DNA of 64,000 nucleotides from Oopsacas minuta (Eukaryota > Animalia > Porifera). Below, one piece after another: positions 1-11,610 of this stretch. The translations under genes and the position numbers were made by a program. Under the pieces are notes generated by a model, which saw only the letters and a program-made list of their open reading frames with translations, searched no databases and had not been told where the DNA came from. The stretch's first letter is position 1; each line of letters opens with the position of its first letter. Location of the stretch: contig JAKMXF010000099.1 in the NCBI GenBank assembly GCA_024704765.1, positions 382,432-446,431 of the forward strand, read 5' to 3'.

Positions 1-354
1 CCAATTGTGCACCTTCATTCATTCATTCAGATTTACATTAGATTTCTCTTTTAATTAATTAGGATTGAATTTAACCATTGTACATCCGGAAATTTCTAAA
101 TGTGCGAAAGTGAAACCATTTGAATACCGTTTGAATCATACAAAAGTCTCCCAGCATCCACTTATTATACCAATAATACTGAATTTTATGCAGAATAATG
201 ATGAAATTTGTAAATTGTTTGAAATTCAATAGGCACACGCTGTGTGCTCCTTCAATAATGAGGTGCGGATTTTTGAGTGCGTTCCTTTATGCTCTGCTTT
301 TTACAATTCTATATTTTCATATCAATAGTCATAACTTGTGTAAGTTGTTCATTA

Positions 355-540
355 TTACATTAATACAGATTTGATGAACCTAATTCTGAATCCAAGCGAA
401 TAGATACTGCTTCTCCCATCTTGACTTCTGATATACAAAGTGATCATGAGGATATTATTCGCATATCCGAAGGTATACATTTCTTGGATATATCTAGTCT
501 CATTTCTGTATAATGTTTCTTCACCGTTAGTATTTATCAA
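355..540 (-). CDS. Possible terminal coding exon, product unknown
   Basis: 61-codon ORF preceded in frame by an AG (catggatag|GAATTT) that could be an acceptor; no recognisable motif. Confidence 0.15.
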   Translation of the reverse strand: MINTNGEETLYRNETRYIQEMYTFGYANNILMITLYIRSQDGRSSIYSLGFRIRFIKSVLM

Positions 541-913
541 TTTAAATTCCTATCCATGTATTTGAATTTCCAAATGTGTTGTATTTATGTCAGTTCTCAC
601 TCTCTCATTGGCTATGTGACCACAATATGTACAAGTTTGGTTTATGACCACAGGTTTAGAATCCCTCATCATATTTAAGTAGTAAGATTGAAGATATGCA
701 ATGTGTGCTTGTATATTTATCTTAGAAGAGGAAGTTCCTAATGCAACTGTCAGAGGCGTAACTAAATGTTTGCCAATTCAGTAACTTCCGAAATGAATTG
801 TAGATTGAGACATATCAATTTGGTTGTAAACCTCCATTAGAACCACAACCTCTAATACTATTTGATTATCTACAATGTTACCAATATTCTCATGTGAAAT
901 CTACAGTATATAC

Positions 914-1050
914 GAGGGGCATCAGGAAGGTTCAGAATTACTGAAATTATCACCCGTATCAACCTTCTAAAAATCGATAATTTCTCAATTTCTTTCGAAT
1001 CACGGGCTTTTAACTTTCAACTCATTCTGGAAATTATTTATCAACAGAAG
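914..1050. mobile_element. Mariner-like terminal fragment
   Basis: TA followed by cgaggggcatcaggaaggttc resembles the TA-cgag-type mariner end at 15936; no partner TIR found. Confidence 0.3.
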
Positions 1051-1072
1051 CCCCTCAAAAGTTACAGGTGCC

Positions 1073-1630
1073 ATGATTACCATTGCATTCAATTGTGGCG
1101 TGCTCGCATTGGATTACACTCTCTTCAAAAATGATCTAATTGTTCTAAAACTCCATCTGATTCTCTCATTTCTCTCAATCTATGTCTTTAATAATTTCTG
1201 CTCTATTCGTATGTGTAACTTCAAATCTGCTCTTCATTGGTGGTATCGAGATAAACCTAGGAACGAATACTCCTATTCAAGTTACATATTCTGAGCAAGG
1301 TAATTCATTCAATTTAATCATTAGTCTTGAGCGGAAATAACCTTAAATTACTACCTTCGTAACGCTTTCTCTTGATCTGGTTCGCAAATATGGTCACATA
1401 TAGCCTATCCAACGGATTCCCGCCAGGTCATGTATTAGTGATGTGTGCTATACTGTGATTAACGTGCAGTGTCTAGCAATTGCTTTGTTGAGTGTAGTCC
1501 ACTGTTAGTTTTGTGGTTAGTTGTAATACCTCCGGGTCATAGTTTAGTTTATCAAATGTTTGAAAAATATGTGTTTAAGTGGAGAAATTTTGGGCATTTT
1601 CATTAGTTGGGTATTGGGCAAAGAAATGAG
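1073..1630 (+). pseudogene. Decayed 2A-like-leader locus, copy 1
   Basis: Frame at 1096 reads (QL)WRARIGLHS; 1239-1265 reads GGIEINLGT; ~1488-1625 reads ECSPLLVLWLV..LVYQMFEK..CLSGEI..ISWV with frameshifts. All three blocks match 30495-31533. Confidence 0.5.
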
Positions 1631-1637
1631 TGTACAA

Positions 1638-1934
1638 TTACACAAAGGTACCTCTATTTATTGTTAAGATATATCTAATCACTGTTAATTGTTTTGAATA
1701 GATTGTTTCAGGGAAGGATATTAATCGAATGAATTCACAAATCGGTTGAAAACTAACATAAAGTTGAAGAATACCATTGTCTCCCCAAATCCACCACGCT
1801 CCTAGGGGTAATCTATAAGATACAAACACGATACATCTATATGTATGTGTTTGTATGTTCAGAATTGATTGATGAAACTTGTAGACACCAGGGCTGAATT
1901 TGGTATACGTGTATTTGGAGCCTGACTCGAACAA
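1638..1934 (-). CDS. Unidentified ORF (98 aa), possible exon
   Basis: Open 98 codons in AT-rich DNA with protein-like composition; no family motif recognised. Confidence 0.2.
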   Translation of the reverse strand: MFESGSKYTYTKFSPGVYKFHQSILNIQTHTYRCIVFVSYRLPLGAWWIWGDNGILQLYVSFQPICEFIRLISFPETIYSKQLTVIRYILTINRGTFV

Positions 1935-2559
1935 GGGCCGTGGCCAGAATGTATTGTCAGGAGGTGCAAACTACATGTTTTCGGGGCGTTTTTAGATTTC
2001 ACTTTTGTCATATCTACTCTTTGCTTTTTTTCTGAATATCCGGTAACATATATAATCAATGAAAGGATATACTTCCTGTAGGAGAATCTATCAGTGAGCA
2101 TCTCTCATCGTGTACTATATTCATAAATGAATTATTATAAACATGAAACTGAGAGCGAAGCTGGAAAAAATTCTATATTTGAATCTGTTCCGCCAGCAAT
2201 GCACGGTATTGAAGTGTTATAAATTTGCACTATTGGTTAGAGGCAATAAGTGTATTAGGGAAAATTTAATAATTTATAATCCTTCTAATATTTAGTGCTA
2301 CTTTAATTAATTTCGATTAGAATACAATGCTGTCCGAACAGATTATGATTTATATTCTCTAAAGAATATATAAAGTACATGGGCGCCAAAATTGCGAGGG
2401 TTAGGGACGTTTAACACGCCCTGTTTTTATCAGGGACTTACCTCCCGCCCTCTTATTCATGAATGATATATCTCCTTATACCCTACTAGTCAGGTAGAGT
2501 ATTCCTAAACTAGTTATGGAGCTCAGATACCTCTATTAATCATTAAGGTCATGTCCTAG

Positions 2560-2805
2560 GTGTTTGAGGGGTTTCATGCCCTAGCATTTAATGAGGGTAT
2601 ACAAAGCCTAGTCGATGTATTTGACGAACCATGGATAATACAAAATTTATTTCCCTCTTTTTTATACCCTAGGCATGTAGTGTGGGGTATATTCCGTCGC
2701 TTAGTGAGACTAACTACTAAGAAATATCGCTTTCTTAGTCTTAAGCTAAATCTGACTCATCAAGCTTTCGAGCAAGTGACCTAACAAGCGAAGTGCCCTA
2801 GTAGA
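2560..2805. repeat. Partial copy of the dispersed repeat at 11040-11610 and 57350-57895
   Basis: Shared blocks ccatggataat, gtatattccgtc, cttaagctaa, gacctaacaagcg. Confidence 0.45.
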
Positions 2806-3586
2806 TAATAATTTCATTTGTGTACTTATTTATGGTTGTAAGAAATCCCCGAGTACGAGTTCCGTTCAGACACGTGCCTGTGTTTGTTTGACTCTTCCGG
2901 GCTTCGACCCTCGGGGCTATAGTTTCGGGTCTCTAATAACAACACATTATTCTCTATTGAAGCTAATTCCCTTCCATTCCATATTCGATAATATTCAACT
3001 TGGAAACATCTCTCCTATCGTGGCGGGCTGGCCGAATAACTCGGCCAGTTTCGATGTCCAATATTTAAAATCCCAGTGTTCAAAAATCGATTGCACCTTT
3101 GCCTAGTTATATTTTTCAAACTTCAACGACTTGAATGGAATTGAATAGCCAAATGATATTGAGTCTGCACTTACATTCTTGCCAATCAATTCCTTAATTC
3201 CTTTATACAACTTGTAATATATTATCTATTAATGCATAATTCCTTGAGAAATTCTTATAGTGATATGATCTAAGTGTCTTATTCTGTATCATCTAGTATA
3301 TTTTGGTTATTATGTTGGAAATTGATAACTTTATTCTGAATTCTCCTAATTGTTTTGCATTGAGATTCAAACTAAACTTTTTCAAACGATCACCTTTTGA
3401 GAATTGTATATAAATGTTATTTCATATTTATCCGGGGCTTACCAAAGTGTTAACTATATCTATGATTCCCGCGGCCCTTTCCTCTGTTGTGCGCTTGTAA
3501 TAATAAATCATAAATGTGTACGGAAATACTAGATAGCTTTAATAGACACATTGTTCTGCAATTTATATATTACTCTATGTATTTAG

Positions 3587-4269
3587 GTGACAAATTGGAA
3601 TCCTTTAAGAGTATGTCTATATCATTGAATTTATCTGTTCAAGATGAAATTAAAGAGGCACTTTTTGTGAAGATTGATTTTAACAAAATTGTTTTGGATT
3701 ATGGTGTGTCAAATATTGGGAATTGGCAATTTATTGGTTTCGAAAAAGAAATTGTCATAATGAGAAAGGAGTTTGAGAACAATGTATATGGATTCCTCGG
3801 AATGGGAGTAATTCACTCCCCACCGAAAAAAGTCTTCGAAATTTTGCGAAATCCACAGAATCGTTTTGTATATGATAACATGTTGAAACATTTGAACGTT
3901 TTCCATGAATTCAATAACGAAATGTATTTAATTGAGATGCAACATGAGCACAACCAATGTTTTTTGAAACAATCGAGACAAACCTGTCTACTTGTTTCGG
4001 AATTTTCATTTGCCAACAAGTATGCCATTGTTAGTAAGTCAATTGAACATGACCTATGCCCTTTGAATGAAAACATGAAGAGGCTAAATGTACAGAAAGG
4101 TGGATGGATAATTGAACCAAGAGATAAAAATGGAAAGACCTATTCAAAAATATATTACTTGATAGTAATCGAAATTCAAGATGCTCCTCAATTTGTGATT
4201 AATCATGTTGGAAAACGACAACCCCTTAGCATTGCATTTTTGCGTGATTTTATTCATCAAACTTGTTGA
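3587..4269 (+). CDS. START-domain protein, STARD9-type (probable last exon)
   Basis: ORF 3514-4269 contains GFLGMGVIHSPPKKV, LKQSRQTC, GWIIEP and KRQPLSIAFLRDFI, matching the STARD9 C-terminal START domain as recalled (GFLGAGVV, LKQPRDFC, KRQPLVIARL). Likely phase-1 acceptor tatgtatttag|G at 3586/3587. Confidence 0.8.
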
Positions 4270-4891
4270 GATATTTGTTGTGTGCAAAGTAAAATGGCAC
4301 TTTGCGGATGTATACTTTTATTCCTGATCTGAATTTTGTAAATTCAATTATTTAATGTATTTTAACAATGTATCTAACGCATATTCGCGCGGTTCGTTTG
4401 CTCCTAATCCCATACAAGACTTGACGTACTGCTGCATGATCCTAATTTGCTAGCTGACTTACGCATTTGTTACAAGAAAATCACTGCTTCGTAGTATTGT
4501 AATTTATTTATTTAAGATGATCACCAAATGGCAAAGAAGGAGTTTCCAGCGAATTCAGACTAACTTCGTGTTGCAGGTACTAATCTATTGGAGTACAGCG
4601 TTGCCATCCCCTCATCAGGTTTTCGCGTAAAATTTAACTTGAGTTTTCCTTAGTTTTATGGGCAAATTTTCAGGTTTACCAGATGCTCAACATAAAAACA
4701 TGGGAGGGGTGTTGAATTTGTGAGTACAGCAATATGGATTGCCTGACCCGCCTGACTGTTGCGCGGAACACTACACCTTCTCCAACCTTCTTTACAATTC
4801 CACTTATAATCCCAGAATGCATTACATACTACTCGCCTCTCTGAGCATGTACAAACGACTTTAAACCTATTTTTGACTAATTCATGAATTA

Positions 4892-6223
4892 TCAGGGCGT
4901 TCAATAAGTCTTGCGGGTCATGATATATCTTAGGAATTAGTCAAGTAATATATCTAACTTCATATATTATAAGCCCATATAATTAAACTCCATATACTGA
5001 AAGTTTCAAGCTTATTCAATACAAATTTTTAATTTTTGAGATAGTTACGTGTAGTCAATTTATACCCACTGTTGAATTTATGGCTTCAAAGGATGATAAT
5101 TTCAACCTCAAATGGCGAGCTTACATAGAGTTTCGCACAATACTCAAGATCCAGCCCGTACAGATCTTCAGTGAGTTACAGGAGATATTGTGCGTGGATT
5201 GCCCTTCCAGATCTATTGTAGAGCGATGGGCTGCCCGTTTTAGATCTGGTGATGCTGATGTCACAGATTTGCCCGATCCGGAAGACCGGTATCCGCCACC
5301 ACTTCAGAGAATATCTCACTCATTGAGAGTATGGTCATGGAAGTCAAGTACATTACTGTCTATCAGTTAGAACAAGTATGGAGATTTCATCGGGAGCTAT
5401 TCATACAATTCTGACGACTGAGCTTGCTACCGAACGATTTGTGGGAAATGGGTCCCGCATAAGCTCAGTGAGAATCAAAAGTTGGCACGACTGAATATTG
5501 CCAAGAAACTCTTGGAAACTTCTGAGAACTGCGATTCTAGACGCCTAGCAGAGATTATTACTAGTGACTAGACGTGGGTATATTATTCAACACCACATAG
5601 CAAGTATAAGAAGCGACCATGGGTAAGGGGCGACGAACACCGGCAAAAAGTCCTAGGCCCGAATTCAGAAAAGCTAAGGATATGTATACCATCTTCTTCA
5701 CTGGTCATGGAATTGTCTTGCAACTACCTTGTGAGAGTGGCAAAACTGTTGTTACTGCTGCTTTCTTTACAGAGCAAGTGCTTCCAAATTTGATTAAAAA
5801 TATAGAAAAGTACCGCCCGAAAACCGGAACTCAAGGAATGAAGATTTTGATTGATAACGCCAGTTCCCATACAGCTAAGCTTAACAAAAATTTCTTGGAT
5901 GTAGAAGGGTTAGAATTACTTCCCCATCCACCATACTCACCAGACCTAGCTCCGTATGATTTTTGGCTATTCCCCAAGCTTAAAATCTACCTTCAAGGCA
6001 AAGATTTTAACACATTACAAGCACTCGGAACGGGTCTGCACCAGTACTTCAAATCCATCCCCGAAGAAGAGTACAGAAATGTGTTTTACAAGTGGGTGGA
6101 AGTTTAAAACTATGTGTATCTGCAGGAGGGGATTACTTTGAATAAATAATATAGTGAATTAGTGTGTATAGTGTTTGTATCATATTCTATGATATCACCC
6201 GCAAGACTTATTGAAAGCCCTAG
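4892..6223 (+). mobile_element. Mariner element (DD34D), defective, 1332 bp
   Basis: TIRs tcagggcgttcaataagtcttgcgggt / ctagggctttcaataagtcttgcgggt; TA at 4890-91 and 6224-25. Confidence 0.92.
5080..6145 (+). pseudogene. Mariner transposase pseudogene
   Basis: MASKDDNF..RAYIEFRT, WVPHKL, SD*TW, DNASSH, HPPYSPDLAPYDFWLFPKLK, GDYFE*; several frameshifts and stops. Confidence 0.9.
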
Positions 6224-6630
6224 TATTTGATTTTTTTAACAAAATTTTTACTTAGTCAACATTTCATGACCGAGTAACATAATTTTGACGGATTGCCTAC
6301 ATATCAGAGTGATGGATTATTGAAAAAATGAGGAGTGATGTATTTTTCTTGTCAGTTTTATTTACTATTAGATCTATAAGATTATGATTGGGTATTATTA
6401 TTCTAAAAGTTGTAATATATAATCCCAGTCAAGGGCGTTGGGGTTCTATAGTGATTTTTGTAATTAACAGTTAATTACCAAAAGTATGGTATGCTGTAAA
6501 TACAATTTATTAGGATTCATCCCAATAATTATTGATGACATTTTGACTGATACTTATGCAATCAATTCCGCTAAATTGGGTCACCTTGGTTCCGAAGATT
6601 AATCAATACTCTCTTCTTGTTTGCTAGTTC

Positions 6631-8050
6631 CAGGCCCGGCGGAAGTAATTTTAATTGGTTGGTAACACATGGGAAACAATCTTATCTTTGGAAATGTCCA
6701 AACACAGAGAGACGGTACTCTGAATCACAGACGAAGGAGTTAGCTACTTCAACACAAGAGAGGTTGTCAGTGTGATCTTTGTGGACATGCAATAGCAACA
6801 AGTGGTTCAATCGCTCCTGCTTCATTGTAGTTCGCAGATAAGTCTTTAGACGCCTCATGGCAATAAATGACCGCTCGCTGACAGCATTGGTTGATGGAAG
6901 AACGAGAACCAGTTTCAACAGAGTGACAACCTCACTTATCAAGGACCGCTCTGCCTCTGATAAGGTCTGGATGTATTTCCTGATATCGTGAAAGGACAAT
7001 GTTGGAGACTTAGCTTGTCAGGGAATGTTGCCCGAAAAATTTCGAAATGCAGCCGGAGCTGAGGAGTGTCGGAATCATCAAGGTAGAAGTTGGCTACGAA
7101 GTCGAAATATTCCTGAGTGCTCTCTCCAAGGATAGTGTGATTGAGAAGTTCCTCTAAACGTCTATATAAATTCTAGTCGGACTTATCTAACCTGTCCTCT
7201 TTAGCTTTGACCACCAGGTCGAGGGACTAAAATAAGACTGACGATAGTGTGTCTGGCAATCATCGGGAAAATTAACTGGTGCACCATCATCATAAAGCTT
7301 GGGTACTTTCCTCCTTCTTGGAAGCTTAGGCTCACACACATCCAAATCTTGCTGAGCATTGATCAAATGATCCCAAAAAGCTGTGAAGTGGTCATCAGTG
7401 CGAAGTGATCCCAGTGTTGTCACTGTCATGGCGGCGATGTTGGCTCCTTCAGAGGCAGACATGGATGTTGATTGGAGGGTCCTACTCAAATTGTCAATGT
7501 GTTTTAGAACTAGCTCTGCAAGGTTTACTCTAAAGAAGAAAGTACAGTTGTTAAATTGGGATTGAACACCAAAATAATTCTCCCCTTGATAGTAGGATCG
7601 GAAGTGGAACCCTCACAGTCTTCCATAATTGCCGTAAAGCAACATAGCTGGAAAGGAGCGACTTCAGAGAAGCCGCACGAACTGTCCAGCGAGTAAGGCA
7701 CAACATGCGGAAGCCTGGTGAAGCCAGAGCAAGTTCCTCCCTCAGCTTCTCCAGTTTTGCTGTTCTCTTGGGCGAGAATTTCAACAACTTTGAATCCTCA
7801 AAAGCAACATCCAGGGTATCTTTGGATGCTTGCACCTTTTTGATAGCATCGCCAGCTGCAAGATTTAAAGCATGACTATGGCAATGTAGATAAAGAGCAC
7901 GTGGTTCCTCATAACTCAACTGCTTTGCGACACCACTCTTAGGCCCACTTATATTGCTGGCACCATCGTAGCACTGTCCACTGCACTTATTCAGTCCTAA
8001 GTTCATTCGGACTAACCCATCTTTGATAACCTTGGCCTGCAGTTCCAGAA
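6631..8050 (-). mobile_element. hAT transposon remnant (ZMYM1/PRKRIR-like transposase), 5'-truncated
   Basis: GQCYDGASN, HCHSHALNLA, TRWTVR and hAT dimerisation motif PSTNAVSERSF..MRRLKTYLRTTMKQERLN across ORFs 7551-8006, 7187-7489, 6682-6999; hAT-like terminus CAGGCCCGGCGGAAG at 6631. Confidence 0.88.
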
Positions 8051-9020
8051 GTGTTGTGATGAATTAGTGGAATATACAATTATATTTAAAATTTTATCTA
8101 CGCTATTAGAATTATTACTGTTTATGAGTACAGTCTCTACTTCACTTTCGTTATCATTGGGGGCATCCTGGAATCTTTCCTATTTTGTATGTTATATGTG
8201 AGGCGAAGATCTTTCGTCTTTAGATAATCATATTTGTTGTAGAAATGAACTAGTATACTATCCAAAGCAAGCTTTCGAATAGTGGAAAGCACTAGCCGTA
8301 CCTAGGTGCCATACCTGTGTGTGTGTCACTGTGTTAAGTGGCGGCGGACTCGAATAAAAGCTGGGGCAAACCTGTATAACTATATCCACCTTTAAATAGT
8401 TGATACCGTTTTTATAACTACAGAAAAGCCCCTAATAGAGATAATCAAGTCTATATATATGAAAACTGCCTATTAACGATATAATCTGATTGGCCTGAAT
8501 CTAGCGGTTGATAATAATGGAACCACATTGGTACACTGATGCTCTACTATTACAATTGACAGAAGTTAAAATCTAAAAGTTGAAATATATACACACAGTC
8601 AAGGGCGGCGGAAGCAAGGGGGCTAGGGGGCTATAGCTCCCCTACTTTTGAGTAATAGAGTATATATGCCGCCCAAATAATTTCTTCTTTAAAGTATATT
8701 ACCTCCCTATGACACAATAGAATAATTAGACGCAATCATAATCTTAGGACTAATAGTAAATAAAACAGTGACAAGAAGATTATACACACCTCATTTTTGG
8801 CAATTCTCTGTGAAAGAAGTAATAGATTTTTGTGTAGATATCGTTTTCATGTTGGAATGCTTATATTCCTTTAATTTTCAACCAAAACATACTAAATATA
8901 GTGGCATCCACGCAGAGACGGTTTTAGTTCTTTCGGCCCCCCACACAAAATGTATCTTGGCGCCCCCATGTTTCCATCAAATAGTAATTGAGTACGTTAT
9001 TTCTAGTTATTCTACTAATA

Positions 9021-10359
9021 CTACGGGCGTTCAATAAGTAGTCGTTATCACATTGTAATTCTAAATTTTTCTAGCACAATTGTGTAATCAGTGATGGAGT
9101 TTCTCAAAGTATTCCCCTTCGTGCTGTAAAACCAATTTCAGCCTTTTTATCCAATCGAAAAATACTTTTTTGTAGTCTTCGGTTGGTACACCTTTCATAT
9201 ACTGGAAAATCGCCGATCCTATCTGAGCTCGACTCTCGAATTTCCTGCCTGATAGATGTTTCTTTAGCTTTGGAAACAACCAAAAGTCACAGGGAGCTAG
9301 ATCTGGCGAGTAGGGAGGGTGATCTAGCTCCACAATTTTCATAGCTTCTAACTTTTCTCTAACCAGCTTTGTCTTGTGCGGTCGGGCGTTATCATGCAAT
9401 ATTCGCAATCCACGAGTTCCAGTCCTTGGCCGTCGATTTTGGTAGAATTTTTCAACCTCTGTTAGACACTCATTGGTGTAGAAGGAGCCTGTTATTGTTT
9501 GGTATTTGGGGACACAAATCTGGCACACTGGACCATTAGAATCAAAAAATATACAGTACATAACCTTCGGATCCCGAAAGTCATGTCGAGGGATCATTGG
9601 TGGGTCCTGTCCTTTTGCCACCCATACTTTGTTTGCTTCTTTTGATAAAGGCTCAGAATAACGTACCCAAGTTTCGTCACCTGTTACTATCTCAAATAAC
9701 CTTCTGGAGTCAGTTCGATCAAACTCAGAGAGCAATTTAGTAGCGCATTGGACCCTCTTTGCTTTCTGGGCCTGAGTTAGTAAATGCGGCACCCATCGAG
9801 CACATATCTTTCGGAATTTCATATTATCATGTACAATAGCTTGAGCAGTTCCCGTTGAGATACCAACCGCATCAGCTATCTCCACAAGCGTGATATGAGG
9901 GTCTTCTTCAAGTAACGCGGATACCTCAAGGATATTTTTGTCATTGGTGCTGGAAACTGGTCTCCCTATTCTTGCCCCATCTTCAATGGACACTCTACCT
10001 TCACGAAAGCGTCTAGCCCAATCAACAACAGTGGAATATGGAAGTGCTGTATCCTTATAAACTTCCTCTAAATCTTTGTGGACATCTGTTGGTGAAACCT
10101 TGAGCAGTGTTCTGATCTTCACATATGCTCTCTGCTCAATTTTGAAATCTGTACTTTTTGAAGCCATTAAAAATGTTACTATAATAAACTGTCAAAATGT
10201 AAATAGGTACAATATTTCAACGAGACATCAGAATCAAAAAAGCTCTGCATTATTGAATTCACAATAGATGGATTGTTATTAGAAAATTCAGTTTGATCTA
10301 GGTCGAAATATTCCGACTTACAAAATTTGGAATAACGACTACTTATTGAACGCCCGTAG
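9021..10359 (-). mobile_element. Mariner element, intact, 1339 bp
   Basis: Perfect 28-bp TIRs ctacgggcgttcaataagtagtcgttat; TA TSD at 9019-20 and 10360-61. Confidence 0.97.
9088..10167 (-). CDS. Mariner transposase, 359 aa, DD34D
   Basis: Uninterrupted ORF: HTH region with GRP, WVPHLL, TGDETW, HDNARPH then 34 residues to the D of YSPDLAPCD. Confidence 0.97.
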   Translation of the reverse strand: MASKSTDFKIEQRAYVKIRTLLKVSPTDVHKDLEEVYKDTALPYSTVVDWARRFREGRVSIEDGARIGRPVSSTNDKNILEVSALLEEDPHITLVEIADAVGISTGTAQAIVHDNMKFRKICARWVPHLLTQAQKAKRVQCATKLLSEFDRTDSRRLFEIVTGDETWVRYSEPLSKEANKVWVAKGQDPPMIPRHDFRDPKVMYCIFFDSNGPVCQICVPKYQTITGSFYTNECLTEVEKFYQNRRPRTGTRGLRILHDNARPHKTKLVREKLEAMKIVELDHPPYSPDLAPCDFWLFPKLKKHLSGRKFESRAQIGSAIFQYMKGVPTEDYKKVFFDWIKRLKLVLQHEGEYFEKLHH

Positions 10360-10620
10360 TAAAAAGTTCAATCTAACGCATAATTTAGTTACTATAGTGA
10401 GTATGCAGTTCTGATCAGAATTTCCCTCAAAGTAATCAAATCTTTCGCTCACTGAATCAAAGCGCGCCCCACGCGGTTGTTTGTGTTACGTGCGCCTAAA
10501 GCCAGCACTGCACCCACTGTTTTTAATAGGGATATTCCACACTTAGTGTTTTGGAGCAGTCCTTTACTTTTATGCTTGGGAACACACTCCTATATATATA
10601 TATATATATTCGTATTTATA

Positions 10621-10764
10621 CAGTTGAACCTCACATTACGTCCACCTTTAGAATTCCAGTTTTGGCGAGTATAATCTTTTACAAAAATGTTCTAGCAATA
10701 CAACTACCCGAAATTCCTGAGAACATTTTCAGCTCAATGGCAGTCCTTATTCGAGGTTGCACTA
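10621..10764. mobile_element. pogo/Tigger-like MITE
   Basis: TA-cagttgaacctc left end; degenerate inverted end gaggttgcact; same style as 56476-56640. Confidence 0.35.
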
Positions 10765-11039
10765 TGGAAGTAATAAACATTTCAATCATCATTTTTTAAT
10801 GACTGATCAGTAATAAATTGTGTGAAATTTTCATCCAAAATGCTAACAATTCCCTTATAATCCCGTTATAGTCCTGAATAATCATCAATCCATAATATGT
10901 CAAAAAATAAATCCTGATGTTCTTGGAATTTTTTCAATTTATTTTGGGACTTTGAAACAATATTCATTTCTATACTAAAAACGCAATTAATCTATGTGTA
11001 TATATGTTTTTATGTCCAGAATTGATTTGAAACTGGGAG

Positions 11040-11610
11040 ACTCTCATTTTGGCATATTTTGTGCCTGGCTCGGACAAGTTCGAATCTTAAGGAAAATTTA
11101 CACCTATGACGAACTTATGACCCCATTGTCACCTTTGCATTTTCAACAATACACATTAATAACCATAGCTCAGCCAATATACATGATAGAAGTTTGAAAT
11201 TTAAATCACAGGTACCGCTCGATATGACAAACCTCCTGATGTCATGATTTTAGTTAGATGTTAACTAATCATGTGTTTATTATGTTATCATGACTCTACA
11301 GAATATCAAAATTGTACAATTTCGATATTTTTGAGAATTTCATAATACTCGTGGCACGAAGTCCCAAGGTTACTAAGCCAGAGTGGCATAGAACCTCCAG
11401 TGCCACCATAGAAGGCCATTCAATGTAATTTGGATGGACCATGGATAATATTATATTTAAGTTTTAATGATTGTGTTAATAAGGGGCACGTATTGCTGAG
11501 TATTTTCTGTTGCGTAGACCAATAACACTATTAATTTAGCTGTTTAATACTTACGCTAATCCGGAGTACCAAGCTGTCGCAGCGACCTAACAAGCGGACC
11601 GCGCTTGTAT
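11040..11610. repeat. Dispersed ~550-bp repeat, class uncertain (possibly Helentron-type non-autonomous)
   Basis: Colinear with 57350-57895 (tttcgatatttttgagaa, agaaggccattcaat, gaccatggat, aatttagctg). No clear TIR or TSD. Confidence 0.65.

Noticed and set aside
10591-10608. (TA)9 microsatellite
   Set aside because: Ordinary simple repeat.
10770-10990. Minus-strand peptide faintly like a sulfatase/DUF229 segment
   Set aside because: Stops in frame and the key SDHG motif is absent.
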